This document shows, piece after piece, positions 22,648 to 30,683 of a DNA stretch of 38,398 nt. Made by a program: the position numbers and the translations under genes. The DNA comes from a virus. The first letter of the stretch is position 1. Each line of letters opens with the position of its first letter. The notes beneath the pieces were generated by a model. It had not been told where the DNA came from. It saw only the letters and a list, made by a program, of their open reading frames with translations, and did no database searches. The stretch lies in the IMG/VR virus record IMGVR_UViG_3300028677_000001. One strand, given 5' to 3'.

Positions 22648-23820
22648 ATGGCGCTCATTGTTAATTGCAAAAAATGCGGCAAACGCCTGCCGGAAGGATA
22701 CATCAAATGCTCCTGCGGCGGCTCGCGCTTTTCCTTCATTGTCGATTACCGCCCGGCCGGCTATACCGGCAAACGGATCCGCGAACCGCTGCCGCAGACC
22801 ACGGCATCAATTTCCGACGCCTGGGAAATCGAGCGTCTCATGCGCAAAATCGCGCGCGAAAAAGTAAAGCCGCCACTTCCCAGCGGCCAGACGGTAGATG
22901 AGCTTTTCACTGAATATCTAAAATGGTATAAACTTCACCGCGCGGCCAGCTCCTATCAGGATGTCGTCCTGATTAACCGGGCGCATTATTCGCGGCTATT
23001 AGGTAGCCGGCTGGTTTCGGCGCTCAGTGAAGATGATTATGATTATTATCAGAAAATGCGCGCGCTGGAAAACGTGAAAAACCGCACCATCAACAAGGAG
23101 CTGGAATATTTCAGCGGCTTTGTCACCTGGTGCCGGCGCAAGAAAAAAATCAGCGTGCCGTCTTTTTCTTACGAAAAACTCCCGTATAAAAAACCGATTC
23201 CGATCATTTTATCGTTCCCGGAAGTCGTCTCGTTTTTAAAGGCCGCGCAAAGCGAGCCAATCTATTACACGCTGGCCTTGTGCCTTTATTCCTTGAGCCT
23301 GCGCTTCACCGAGGCCATCACGCTGAAGCTGGAAAATTTTGATTTCGGCAATCAATCGGTGAAGGTGCGGCAGAAGGGCGGGAGCGAAAAAGTCCTGCCG
23401 CTCAACAATACGCTGATCAAGGCCGTGCGATCTCTAATTAAAGAATACAATCTGAAACAAGACGATTATCTTTTTGAAAACCCGCGGACCGGGCGGCCGC
23501 TAGTGCGCGTGCAGCGGGCATTTGCGCGGATCGCCGCGCGCGCGAAAATCAGCAAGAAAGTGACGCCGCATTTATTCCGGCATACTTTTGCCACGCACAT
23601 GCTGGGGCAAGGCGTGGATATTCGCGTGATCCAGAAGTTTCTTGGGCACGCGCAGGTGACCACGACCGAGATATATACTCACGTAGTTATGTCGAATTTG
23701 CGGGCGGCATCGAACAAAGTTTTGGATAAAATGGCGCTGGAAAAGGCTTTGTCCACAAAAAACAACGTAAAATTGATAACTTGTCCACAAGGCAAGCGCC
23801 TAACTAGGCGGAATCATTAG
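22648..23820 (+). CDS. int: Tyrosine integrase with an N-terminal Cys4 zinc-ribbon-like segment
   Basis: HLFRHTFATHML...GHAQVTTTEIYTHV (R-H-R-Y catalytic box II region). N-terminal CKKCGKRLPEGYIKCSCGG. Confidence 0.92.
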   Translation: MALIVNCKKCGKRLPEGYIKCSCGGSRFSFIVDYRPAGYTGKRIREPLPQTTASISDAWEIERLMRKIAREKVKPPLPSGQTVDELFTEYLKWYKLHRAASSYQDVVLINRAHYSRLLGSRLVSALSEDDYDYYQKMRALENVKNRTINKELEYFSGFVTWCRRKKKISVPSFSYEKLPYKKPIPIILSFPEVVSFLKAAQSEPIYYTLALCLYSLSLRFTEAITLKLENFDFGNQSVKVRQKGGSEKVLPLNNTLIKAVRSLIKEYNLKQDDYLFENPRTGRPLVRVQRAFARIAARAKISKKVTPHLFRHTFATHMLGQGVDIRVIQKFLGHAQVTTTEIYTHVVMSNLRAASNKVLDKMALEKALSTKNNVKLITCPQGKRLTRRNH

Positions 23821-23929
23821 ATTGCACAATGACTCTGACTCCGTGAATCAAGGTTCGAATCCTTGTTCCCCAGCCAAAATCAAGTACTTACAAATGTCGA
23901 TTTATTTTTTCTGTCCACATTTGTCCACA
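23750..23929 (+). repeat. Four direct TGTCCACA repeats flanking the att core (candidate integrase arm-type sites)
   Basis: TGTCCACA at 23750, 23782, 23912 and 23922: two on each side of the tRNA-derived core. The last is followed by TTTGTGG, forming CCACAtttGTGG. Confidence 0.65.
23833..23876 (+). other. attP core: 3' part of a tRNA-Gln(CUG)-like gene (anticodon loop to CCA end)
   Basis: CTCTGAC (loop, anticodon CTG), TCCGT, GAAT, then CAAGG-TTCGAAT-CCTTG (T arm), then TTCCCCA-G-CCA. The acceptor/discriminator CCCCAGCCA resembles bacterial tRNA-Gln. No matching 5' acceptor strand lies upstream, so this is a fragment and not a gene. Confidence 0.65.
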
Positions 23930-23938
23930 TTTGTGGCG

Positions 23939-24748
23939 TTACGCGGCGTCTTCCATATCCACCAGCTCCTCGTAATACGCAATAACGGTTATCTGTCCCT
24001 GTGCCGTAAAGGAGCCGCCGGCATTGGGCGAAAAAACGATATCCGTGGCGCCGCTGGCGATTTCCGCGTCGTGCAGGACGTTCTTTTTTGTGTTTTTAGC
24101 CACTTCGCCCGCGGCGACAAGCGCGGTGGAGGAGCCGCCGGAATAATCGGCATCCCACGTTTTGGCCAGCGCCGCGTCCACGCGGAACTGCGCGCCCAAG
24201 AGCCGCGCGCCGGAAGGTATGGCCAGACCGCAAGCCACGGTGGCCGAGGCGGTGATGGCCACCGCCTTTTCCACGGCGCGGCGCACCAGGCCGCCGGAAG
24301 ATCCGGCCACGGTAAGCTCCAGCGACAACGGAAACAGGTACAGCACCGTCGCGCTTACCGCGTAGCCGATTAATTGCGGATACCGCGCGGGGCGCGTCTG
24401 CGTCAGCGCGCCTGCCGTGTCCGCGTCCAGATAAACGGGGCCGATAGTCCACGTCCAGTCCTCGTTTTCCGCCTCTCCGAGGCGATAAATGCGGATTCCG
24501 TCATCCGCGTCGCCGCTTTCCACAGCCAGGCCCTGCGCCGGCTGTTTAGTGCCGTCCGCCTGCGCCTTATACCATTTGCCGTCCGCGGCCAGATATAGCG
24601 CCTGATAAGCGGCGACGGTCTCGCCTAGCTGGCCGATGACGCGCGAGTTGATAATCTCGTCGAGCGCTTCCATATCAGCAGAGAGAATCGCGTCCCATCC
24701 GGAAACTGAATATTCAGCGGTATGTAAATCATATTTGTTTGTTGCCAT
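23939..24748 (-). CDS. Tail fibre / receptor-binding-like protein
   Basis: Last gene of the tail operon, next to attP. The motif GPVYLDADTAGALTQTRPARYPQLIGYAVSATVLYL is typical of phage fibre/tip domains. AAGGAG SD. Confidence 0.45.
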   Translation of the reverse strand: MATNKYDLHTAEYSVSGWDAILSADMEALDEIINSRVIGQLGETVAAYQALYLAADGKWYKAQADGTKQPAQGLAVESGDADDGIRIYRLGEAENEDWTWTIGPVYLDADTAGALTQTRPARYPQLIGYAVSATVLYLFPLSLELTVAGSSGGLVRRAVEKAVAITASATVACGLAIPSGARLLGAQFRVDAALAKTWDADYSGGSSTALVAAGEVAKNTKKNVLHDAEIASGATDIVFSPNAGGSFTAQGQITVIAYYEELVDMEDAA

Positions 24749-24782
24749 GATATTTTCTCCTTTCCCGCGCGCGGGGCGCGGG

Positions 24783-26420
24783 TTAGTTTTTCTTTACTGT
24801 CACTTCCGCGTAATCGGATTCATAATCGCCGATGTAATTGTACACGCGGAACGTCACCTCCGAAGCGAGTGAACGGTTATCCGCCTTGTGCATCGTCTCG
24901 GTATATACCCAGGTAACATCGTCAATCCCGTACACCGTACGCTTTTTCACGGCGGAAATATAAACCTCGATTTTGTATAACCCTTCATGTGCCGCGGCTT
25001 CCGGAGCAAGGCCCGGCAGGCCGACGCCCGCGCCAGCGCCGCGCACGCGCGGCGACCAGGTTAAAATAATATCGTTCAGGTTTTTAATCCCATACAGATT
25101 ATCAATATATATCTTGTCGTCCGCGGCATCGGCGTTGACAATTTCCAATTGCACCACGCCGATGGCGTTTTTATCGCTGTTCTCATACGTTGAAATCACG
25201 GCCTGTTCGGTCTGCCAGGTATCGGCGACAAGAATGTTCGGCGTGAATTCAACGGCCAGGTCTTCCACTCGCAGTGATACGCGGCGGAACTGCGCGGACG
25301 TGTCGCCCGTTTCCACCTGCAGCCACAGGCGCACTATTGTGGCGGCGCTGTCGATGGTGCGCGTAACTTCGAGCCACTCCCAGCCGCCCGCACCCGTGTG
25401 GAATGAGGAATATGTTGTTCCCGCTCCGTCTGCGACAGCCAGCCGCGCGCGGTTGGCCACGGTGGCCAGCACTTCCGCGCGCAGTGTTATTTCCTTGCCC
25501 TTCCACCACTCAATTTCTTTCGCCTCGTGGATGTTCTGGTATAGAGCCGCGTTGGCGCCGTTGCGCGTGATTACTGCGTGATAATCACCCGCAGAACCGC
25601 CCCTTTCCACAGCCGCGCCCGCGCCGGAAAGAGTCCAGTTATCCGGCGCGGCATACGCGCCCGCCGACCACTCCTCCAGATTGCCGTTTAAAACATAGGT
25701 CTGATACACGCGCGCGGCGAGATTGCTACCCGTGCGTCCGGCGCGGATATCCAGCCGCGCGAAAGAGCGCGAAGTCAAATCCACCGGCGTGTGGAGCGTG
25801 CGCGTCATAATTTTATTGAGAGAATTCGTCTTGGCGGCGATGAGCCGCAAAGAATAAAACCCCTGCGATTTTTCAGCGCCGGAAAAAGGCAGAAGGTATG
25901 CCTCGCGCGCGGAAGAGGTATCAAAATACGCCGAGGTATCCACATTGGCCACGCGGCAGCTGAAACGCACAATCGTCGCTTCCGCCGGCACAACCATTGC
26001 CACCCACAGCCAGCGCCAGGTGCTATCCCCCGGGTGATACTCGGAATATCCAATCCCGGGCGCAAACTGAATAATTAAGCCGGCCGCGTTGGGAACCGTC
26101 GCGTAAACCCACGCGCCGATCAGCGCCACCTTGCCCTTCCAATAGGCAATCCCGCGCGCGGCGTGAAAATTCTGATACAAAAGAGCGTCGGTTCCGTTGC
26201 GCGTCAGTCTCACGCTTGCCGCGCCCATGTATTTTATTGTTGTTCTCTTCGCGTAAGTCGCGGACGCTCCGGACAGCGTCCAATTATCCAGTGTCGCGCC
26301 CGTCCAAGCCTCGAAGCCGCCGTCGGTGAGCTCCTCCGGCCCGAAACCATCGGAAAAATACGCCGCCTGCGCGAGCAGGTCGGAAGAATATTCCATCTGG
26401 TCGATGTATTTTTTCGTCAT
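24783..26420 (-). CDS. Tail fibre protein with two tandem carbohydrate-binding-module-like (CBM4/9-type) domains
   Basis: Internal duplication: GGFEAWTGATLDNWTLSGA...LYQNFHAARGIAYWKGK...TIVRFSCRVANVDTSAYF versus GNLEEWSAGAYAAPDNWTLSGA...LYQNIHEAKEIEWWKGK...TIVRLWLQVETGDTSAQF. Confidence 0.6.
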   Translation of the reverse strand: MTKKYIDQMEYSSDLLAQAAYFSDGFGPEELTDGGFEAWTGATLDNWTLSGASATYAKRTTIKYMGAASVRLTRNGTDALLYQNFHAARGIAYWKGKVALIGAWVYATVPNAAGLIIQFAPGIGYSEYHPGDSTWRWLWVAMVVPAEATIVRFSCRVANVDTSAYFDTSSAREAYLLPFSGAEKSQGFYSLRLIAAKTNSLNKIMTRTLHTPVDLTSRSFARLDIRAGRTGSNLAARVYQTYVLNGNLEEWSAGAYAAPDNWTLSGAGAAVERGGSAGDYHAVITRNGANAALYQNIHEAKEIEWWKGKEITLRAEVLATVANRARLAVADGAGTTYSSFHTGAGGWEWLEVTRTIDSAATIVRLWLQVETGDTSAQFRRVSLRVEDLAVEFTPNILVADTWQTEQAVISTYENSDKNAIGVVQLEIVNADAADDKIYIDNLYGIKNLNDIILTWSPRVRGAGAGVGLPGLAPEAAAHEGLYKIEVYISAVKKRTVYGIDDVTWVYTETMHKADNRSLASEVTFRVYNYIGDYESDYAEVTVKKN

Positions 26421-26423
26421 TTT

Positions 26424-29345
26424 TTATTCCCCGTAACGCGCGGCAAAGGACGAGCCGTTGGCGCACAGATTGACCGGCGGATAAGGCGTTTTGGCGAGCC
26501 CCGCCGGCGTTATGGTGAGCGCCTCGGCCTCCGCGATATCACCGGAATTTTTTGTGTTGAAAGGCACAAACTTAAATTGGCGCTCCAAGCCCTCGATAAT
26601 ATTTTCTCCTTCAACAGTAAAAACGGTTTTGCCCAGAAAATAAAAATCAGTTCCCGCCGCGTGCGCGGCGCGGCTGGTGCCCCAGCGCGCGCGGAAAACG
26701 CCGGAAATAAGGTAAATATCGTCTTCGCCCGCGACAGGCGCGATATCCGTGAAGGTGATAATCTCATCTCCCAGAATCGCGATATTCGCGCCGCCGGAAA
26801 GCGCCACGGCGAACGACACGGATTCAATGCTGGATGCGTCGCGGAGCATTGCCACCTTGAATCCAATAGTATCAATAAAATGCCGTTCCGCCGGATACGG
26901 CTCGGCAAGCTGGCCGTAAGACTGGAGGCGCGCGGCGCGCGCCAGATACTGATACGACGCGCCGGCGTCAATGCTCATGTACACATCAAAGCCCACGTCA
27001 TAATCGGAGGCGCGGGCGGCCAGAGGCGCGAGCTTGACGCTTTCGTCCGGAGCGAGCTCGTAGGGCGCCTCCATAATATCCAGAAAAACCAGCGGCGGCG
27101 CGGTGAGCGCGGGGCGCGGCTTATCGCGCCGCGTGGGCGGCGTGTACTCGGTAACGGCATTGGTGAGCGCGTAGATATCCTCCTGCGCGGTGATATTAAT
27201 CACCTCGCTTTCCGGGCCATCCTCGGTAATGGCCAGAATGCGCAGTACCATTTTGGAGATGCCATAATCCGCCCAGCTTAACAGGCAGACATCTCCCGGC
27301 TCATAGCGGAAAGCGCGCCGGTTCGCCGGGAAACTGACCGACGCGAAGGGGTAGCAAATGCCGCGCAGGGCCTGCTGGCCGGCCCAGACGGCATTTTTAT
27401 TGTTCGTGAAATAGGGCATATTGATACTCTGTGAAACCACGCGCCCCTGCAGGGCCTGATTGCCGGGATCCACCGCGGGCGGGTCCGCCGTGGATTGCCT
27501 GATGTTGAGCGGCTCGTCGATGACAACAATGCGAAAATCGCCGAATATCGGGCCGCGCACGCCGCCCAGCGTGTTTAATGTGCAGTCGAATGCGGCATAA
27601 TCGTTCCTAAACGAGCCAGTACCGCCTTCCACAAAGTTCACCCAGCCGCCGGCATGAATACCGTTGTACATTGATCTCGATATGGAAATTTTAGAGCGGT
27701 CGGTCGAAAATTTTGATGTATTAAGATGGCAATCATATAAATAACCACCTGATGTACGCACACCAGCATAAATTGCGCAATAAGATATATCCATGACGGC
27801 ATTGTAATCACTAATCATCAACGGAGTAGAACTAGTATAAGCTGTGACAAATCCCGGCCAGCCGATTATAGCTTTGTTGGCAATAAGTTTTCCTCCACCT
27901 CCGCCCCATCGCACATGACCATCGCGGGCATTATCGATATGATAAAGCCATAAATTTTCCAAAAACAGCAGGAGATTATTTCGTATTTGTATTTTCCCGA
28001 TGATGACCGTCTGGTTGGCCCACGCGCCCATGCCGCGCAGATAGGCGTTGTGGTGCGACAAAACAAATGTATAACCACCAAGATCTGCCGATAAATTATG
28101 TGTGCCCGGCTCGAGCAGATAGAGCCAATCGCCGCCCGCCGCCTCCCCGGCGGTGAGTGCGGCGGCCAGCGTCGCGTAATCCTTGCCCGCGCCGACGGTG
28201 ACAATCGTGCCGTCAAATTTCACGCCGTCAATTATCGCCTCGCGCTCATTAATCAGAGAGTACTGCACCTTGACTTCGTTTTTTGTGTCCAGCCACGCCG
28301 GGCGCGTAAAAGACGGCGGCTCCAGAATTATATCCTCGTCTATTTCCGGCAGTTCATCGACGTCATAATCGCCCCGGATGAGCGCAAGGTGGAATTTGCC
28401 GTCCGCGCCGTAGCGGATAATCGCGCCGATATGATTTAAAATGCCGCTGATGTAGCTCAGCGCCTCCTGATGCTGATCATAGCAGATGCTTCCGCCCAGT
28501 CCGTCCGCGGCCAGCGCGGCGGCGGAGGCGGCAAAAGAATCGGCATCCAGCCAATCGGCTGGCAGGCCGGTCAGTGTGTTGAGAACATAATATAATGCGT
28601 GAGCGAAATTGTAATCGTAGGTTCCCACTGCGGCGTCAGAAGGCAGGGCGGCAATCTCCGGCACGCGCCGGACGATGAACTTTACCGCGGGTGCGCGGTT
28701 ATAACCGCCGATATAAAAATTCTTAAAAACGGCGTAGCACAGGCCGCGCCAGGGCGGCGTGAGCGTGGCATCGCCCACCAGACCGGCCACGGTGGTGTTG
28801 TAGGTCTGGTCGTCCGTGCCGAAATAAAAATCAATCGAACCGCGGAAGCCCAGGGAAATCGTTGCTTTTCCGCCCGATTCCGGCCGCGATAATTCCCCCT
28901 GCCAAAGGACTTCATCATTATCGCCGTATATCGCGAACAGCGTGTCCACGGGGCCGCGGCAGATTCCCTGTGCCCAACTCATATAATACATATGGCCGGT
29001 AGTCACGCTCTGGCTGCCGCCGCCCTTGCCGCCGACTTCGGTAGTAATCGGCAGCACTTTTTCATCGCCGTAAATCAGAAACTGGCCGGAAATCTTGACC
29101 GTGCCGCAGATATCGGTAATCACGGAGCCGTAGGTGTTGCCCGGAAGTATCAGGTTCTGTATGGGCACGCCCGGATAATCGGCATTGGAGCGCGCGATGG
29201 CCTCCGCGCCATAACCCATTGCGCCGCCCACAATCGCACCCACGACAAAGCCGATAATCGCGCCATAGACATTTGCGATTTTCGCGCCGCAAATCGCGCC
29301 GGTGATACCGCCGGATAAAGCGCCGGAAACTATCGACCAGCTCAT
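26424..29345 (-). CDS. Host-specificity / central tail fibre protein (gpJ / GTA g15-like, Phage-tail_3) with an inserted beta-helix-like domain
   Basis: 973 aa downstream of the NlpC/P60 and BR0599 genes. N-terminal region ...IYGDNDEVLWQGEL...IDFYFGTDDQ...CYAVFKNFYIGGYNRAPAVKFIV is as in Phage-tail_3 proteins. Middle region VTVGAGKDYATLAAALTAGEAAGGDWLYLLEPGTHNL is a pectate-lyase-fold-type opening. Confidence 0.75.
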   Translation of the reverse strand: MSWSIVSGALSGGITGAICGAKIANVYGAIIGFVVGAIVGGAMGYGAEAIARSNADYPGVPIQNLILPGNTYGSVITDICGTVKISGQFLIYGDEKVLPITTEVGGKGGGSQSVTTGHMYYMSWAQGICRGPVDTLFAIYGDNDEVLWQGELSRPESGGKATISLGFRGSIDFYFGTDDQTYNTTVAGLVGDATLTPPWRGLCYAVFKNFYIGGYNRAPAVKFIVRRVPEIAALPSDAAVGTYDYNFAHALYYVLNTLTGLPADWLDADSFAASAAALAADGLGGSICYDQHQEALSYISGILNHIGAIIRYGADGKFHLALIRGDYDVDELPEIDEDIILEPPSFTRPAWLDTKNEVKVQYSLINEREAIIDGVKFDGTIVTVGAGKDYATLAAALTAGEAAGGDWLYLLEPGTHNLSADLGGYTFVLSHHNAYLRGMGAWANQTVIIGKIQIRNNLLLFLENLWLYHIDNARDGHVRWGGGGGKLIANKAIIGWPGFVTAYTSSTPLMISDYNAVMDISYCAIYAGVRTSGGYLYDCHLNTSKFSTDRSKISISRSMYNGIHAGGWVNFVEGGTGSFRNDYAAFDCTLNTLGGVRGPIFGDFRIVVIDEPLNIRQSTADPPAVDPGNQALQGRVVSQSINMPYFTNNKNAVWAGQQALRGICYPFASVSFPANRRAFRYEPGDVCLLSWADYGISKMVLRILAITEDGPESEVINITAQEDIYALTNAVTEYTPPTRRDKPRPALTAPPLVFLDIMEAPYELAPDESVKLAPLAARASDYDVGFDVYMSIDAGASYQYLARAARLQSYGQLAEPYPAERHFIDTIGFKVAMLRDASSIESVSFAVALSGGANIAILGDEIITFTDIAPVAGEDDIYLISGVFRARWGTSRAAHAAGTDFYFLGKTVFTVEGENIIEGLERQFKFVPFNTKNSGDIAEAEALTITPAGLAKTPYPPVNLCANGSSFAARYGE

Positions 29346-29872
29346 TGTCTAACCTCCACACGGTAGTAATAGCGCATACCGCGGCGCTGGGCGCGGTCGG
29401 TTATGTGTATTCTGCATACGCCCGCGCCGGCCAGCGACTGCCACAGATAATTGTCCAGATAAATCCCCGCGTGGCTCGCGGCGTGCCCGTAGTGCATCAA
29501 AACGATATCGCCGTTTTTTAGCTGGCTTACATCGCGCACTTCACGCGGAATTCTTTTACCGGTGAGCACTTCCACCTCAATGATTTTTTCTTCTGTCAGA
29601 GGGGCGAGAAGATACAACGAGCCGGGGACACGGAGCGCCAAATGCTCCAAAAGCAGATCGCGCGTGTTGTGCAGATGCCAGTCGCGCGGGTAATCCGGCA
29701 CGAGATTTTGGCGCCACGTGAGCACGCCCAGCTCCACGAGCACCTTGACCACAAAATGAATACAGTCCGCGCCTTTATTTTTTACGCCGCAACGGTGGCG
29801 GTAGGGCGTTCCTTCCCATTCGGCAATAATCGCCCGCAATTTTTCCACATTTTTTTCATCGTCAAAAAACAT
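29342..29872 (-). CDS. Phage cell-wall peptidase, NlpC/P60 family (gpK / GTA g14-like)
   Basis: WEGTPYRHRCGVKNKGADCIHFV (catalytic Cys) and ASHAGIYL (His). Confidence 0.85.
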   Translation of the reverse strand: MFFDDEKNVEKLRAIIAEWEGTPYRHRCGVKNKGADCIHFVVKVLVELGVLTWRQNLVPDYPRDWHLHNTRDLLLEHLALRVPGSLYLLAPLTEEKIIEVEVLTGKRIPREVRDVSQLKNGDIVLMHYGHAASHAGIYLDNYLWQSLAGAGVCRIHITDRAQRRGMRYYYRVEVRQ

Positions 29873-29873
29873 A

Positions 29874-30683
29874 TCACACCCTCATCGCCGGGTTGTCTTC
29901 CGGAATCCACGGGAAGCCGAAAAAATGAATGATGTTGTCATATTTGTCTCTGCAGGTTTCGGGCCGGCCATCACATCCGGGGTAGGCGTCCACGGTTTTG
30001 CCGTCCTCCAGATTAATCATCTTGTAGTTGATGCTGATGCTTGCGCCCGTATGCCCGGTAATCGTGCGCGTCTCGCCTGCGTATTCCAGCAGGCCGCCGA
30101 CAAAATATCCGTCATCATACTCATCAAAGGCCGCCGCGGTGAGGATTGTCTTGCCCGCGTCCAGCGCGATGGCGGCGGAGACTTTATATCCCGCCTTGCT
30201 CTTCCCGCAGGCGGCGTCAAACACCTGATGATTGCAGTTTATCTGATAGCGCCAGCGCGGCACGGCCATCCGCAGGGCGAACTCAAACGAGACACAGTCG
30301 ATTTCCGCGGTGGTACCCTTGATGGCGGCGGTTTTTATCTGGCCGATAAAGACGACAAGTTTTTCGTACGGCGACTGGTCGCGGAAAATGCGGCTTATTT
30401 CCACCCAGACCGTTTCAATCGGATTTTGGGCGATGAACTGCGTGGCCGGCACGGTGATAAGCGACATGGTTACCTTCATCACCGCGGCCTCGAGGGCGGC
30501 GTTGTAATCCGCGGAGCCGCGGGTGATTGCCGCCGGCTGATAGGTCTGGCCGTCATACTCTATCGCCGCGTCGGAATTTGTGTAATACCACGTGGCGGAG
30601 GCGCACCAGATTTTATATAGCTCCGTCGGTTTCCGCTCGGAGGCCTCTTCTTTGGCAATCAATTCCACACTCGCGTCTTTCAT
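29874..30683 (-). CDS. DUF2163 / BR0599-family distal tail protein (GTA g13-like)
   Basis: LYKIWCASATWYYTNSDAAIEYDGQTYQPAAITRG and C-terminal PGCDGRPETCRDKYDNIIHFFGFPWIP (BR0599 motif). Confidence 0.75.
   Translation of the reverse strand: MKDASVELIAKEEASERKPTELYKIWCASATWYYTNSDAAIEYDGQTYQPAAITRGSADYNAALEAAVMKVTMSLITVPATQFIAQNPIETVWVEISRIFRDQSPYEKLVVFIGQIKTAAIKGTTAEIDCVSFEFALRMAVPRWRYQINCNHQVFDAACGKSKAGYKVSAAIALDAGKTILTAAAFDEYDDGYFVGGLLEYAGETRTITGHTGASISINYKMINLEDGKTVDAYPGCDGRPETCRDKYDNIIHFFGFPWIPEDNPAMRV

Noticed and set aside
23821-23880. A complete tRNA gene next to the integrase.
   Set aside because: Only the anticodon-loop-to-CCA portion is present. No D arm or 5' acceptor strand (TGGGGAA) lies upstream, because that sequence is the int 3' end. 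It is treated as the attP core.
23822-24373. 183-aa plus-strand ORF starting right after int and crossing the attP core into the fibre gene.
   Set aside because: It begins inside the tRNA-derived att core, has no SD, is Gly/Arg-rich, and lies antisense to a well-supported fibre gene.
24783-26420. Diversity-generating retroelement (template/variable repeat) in the fibre genes.
   Set aside because: No reverse transcriptase ORF exists anywhere in the genome. The two repeated segments are diverged at all codon positions like old domain paralogues, not adenine-specific TR/VR pairs.
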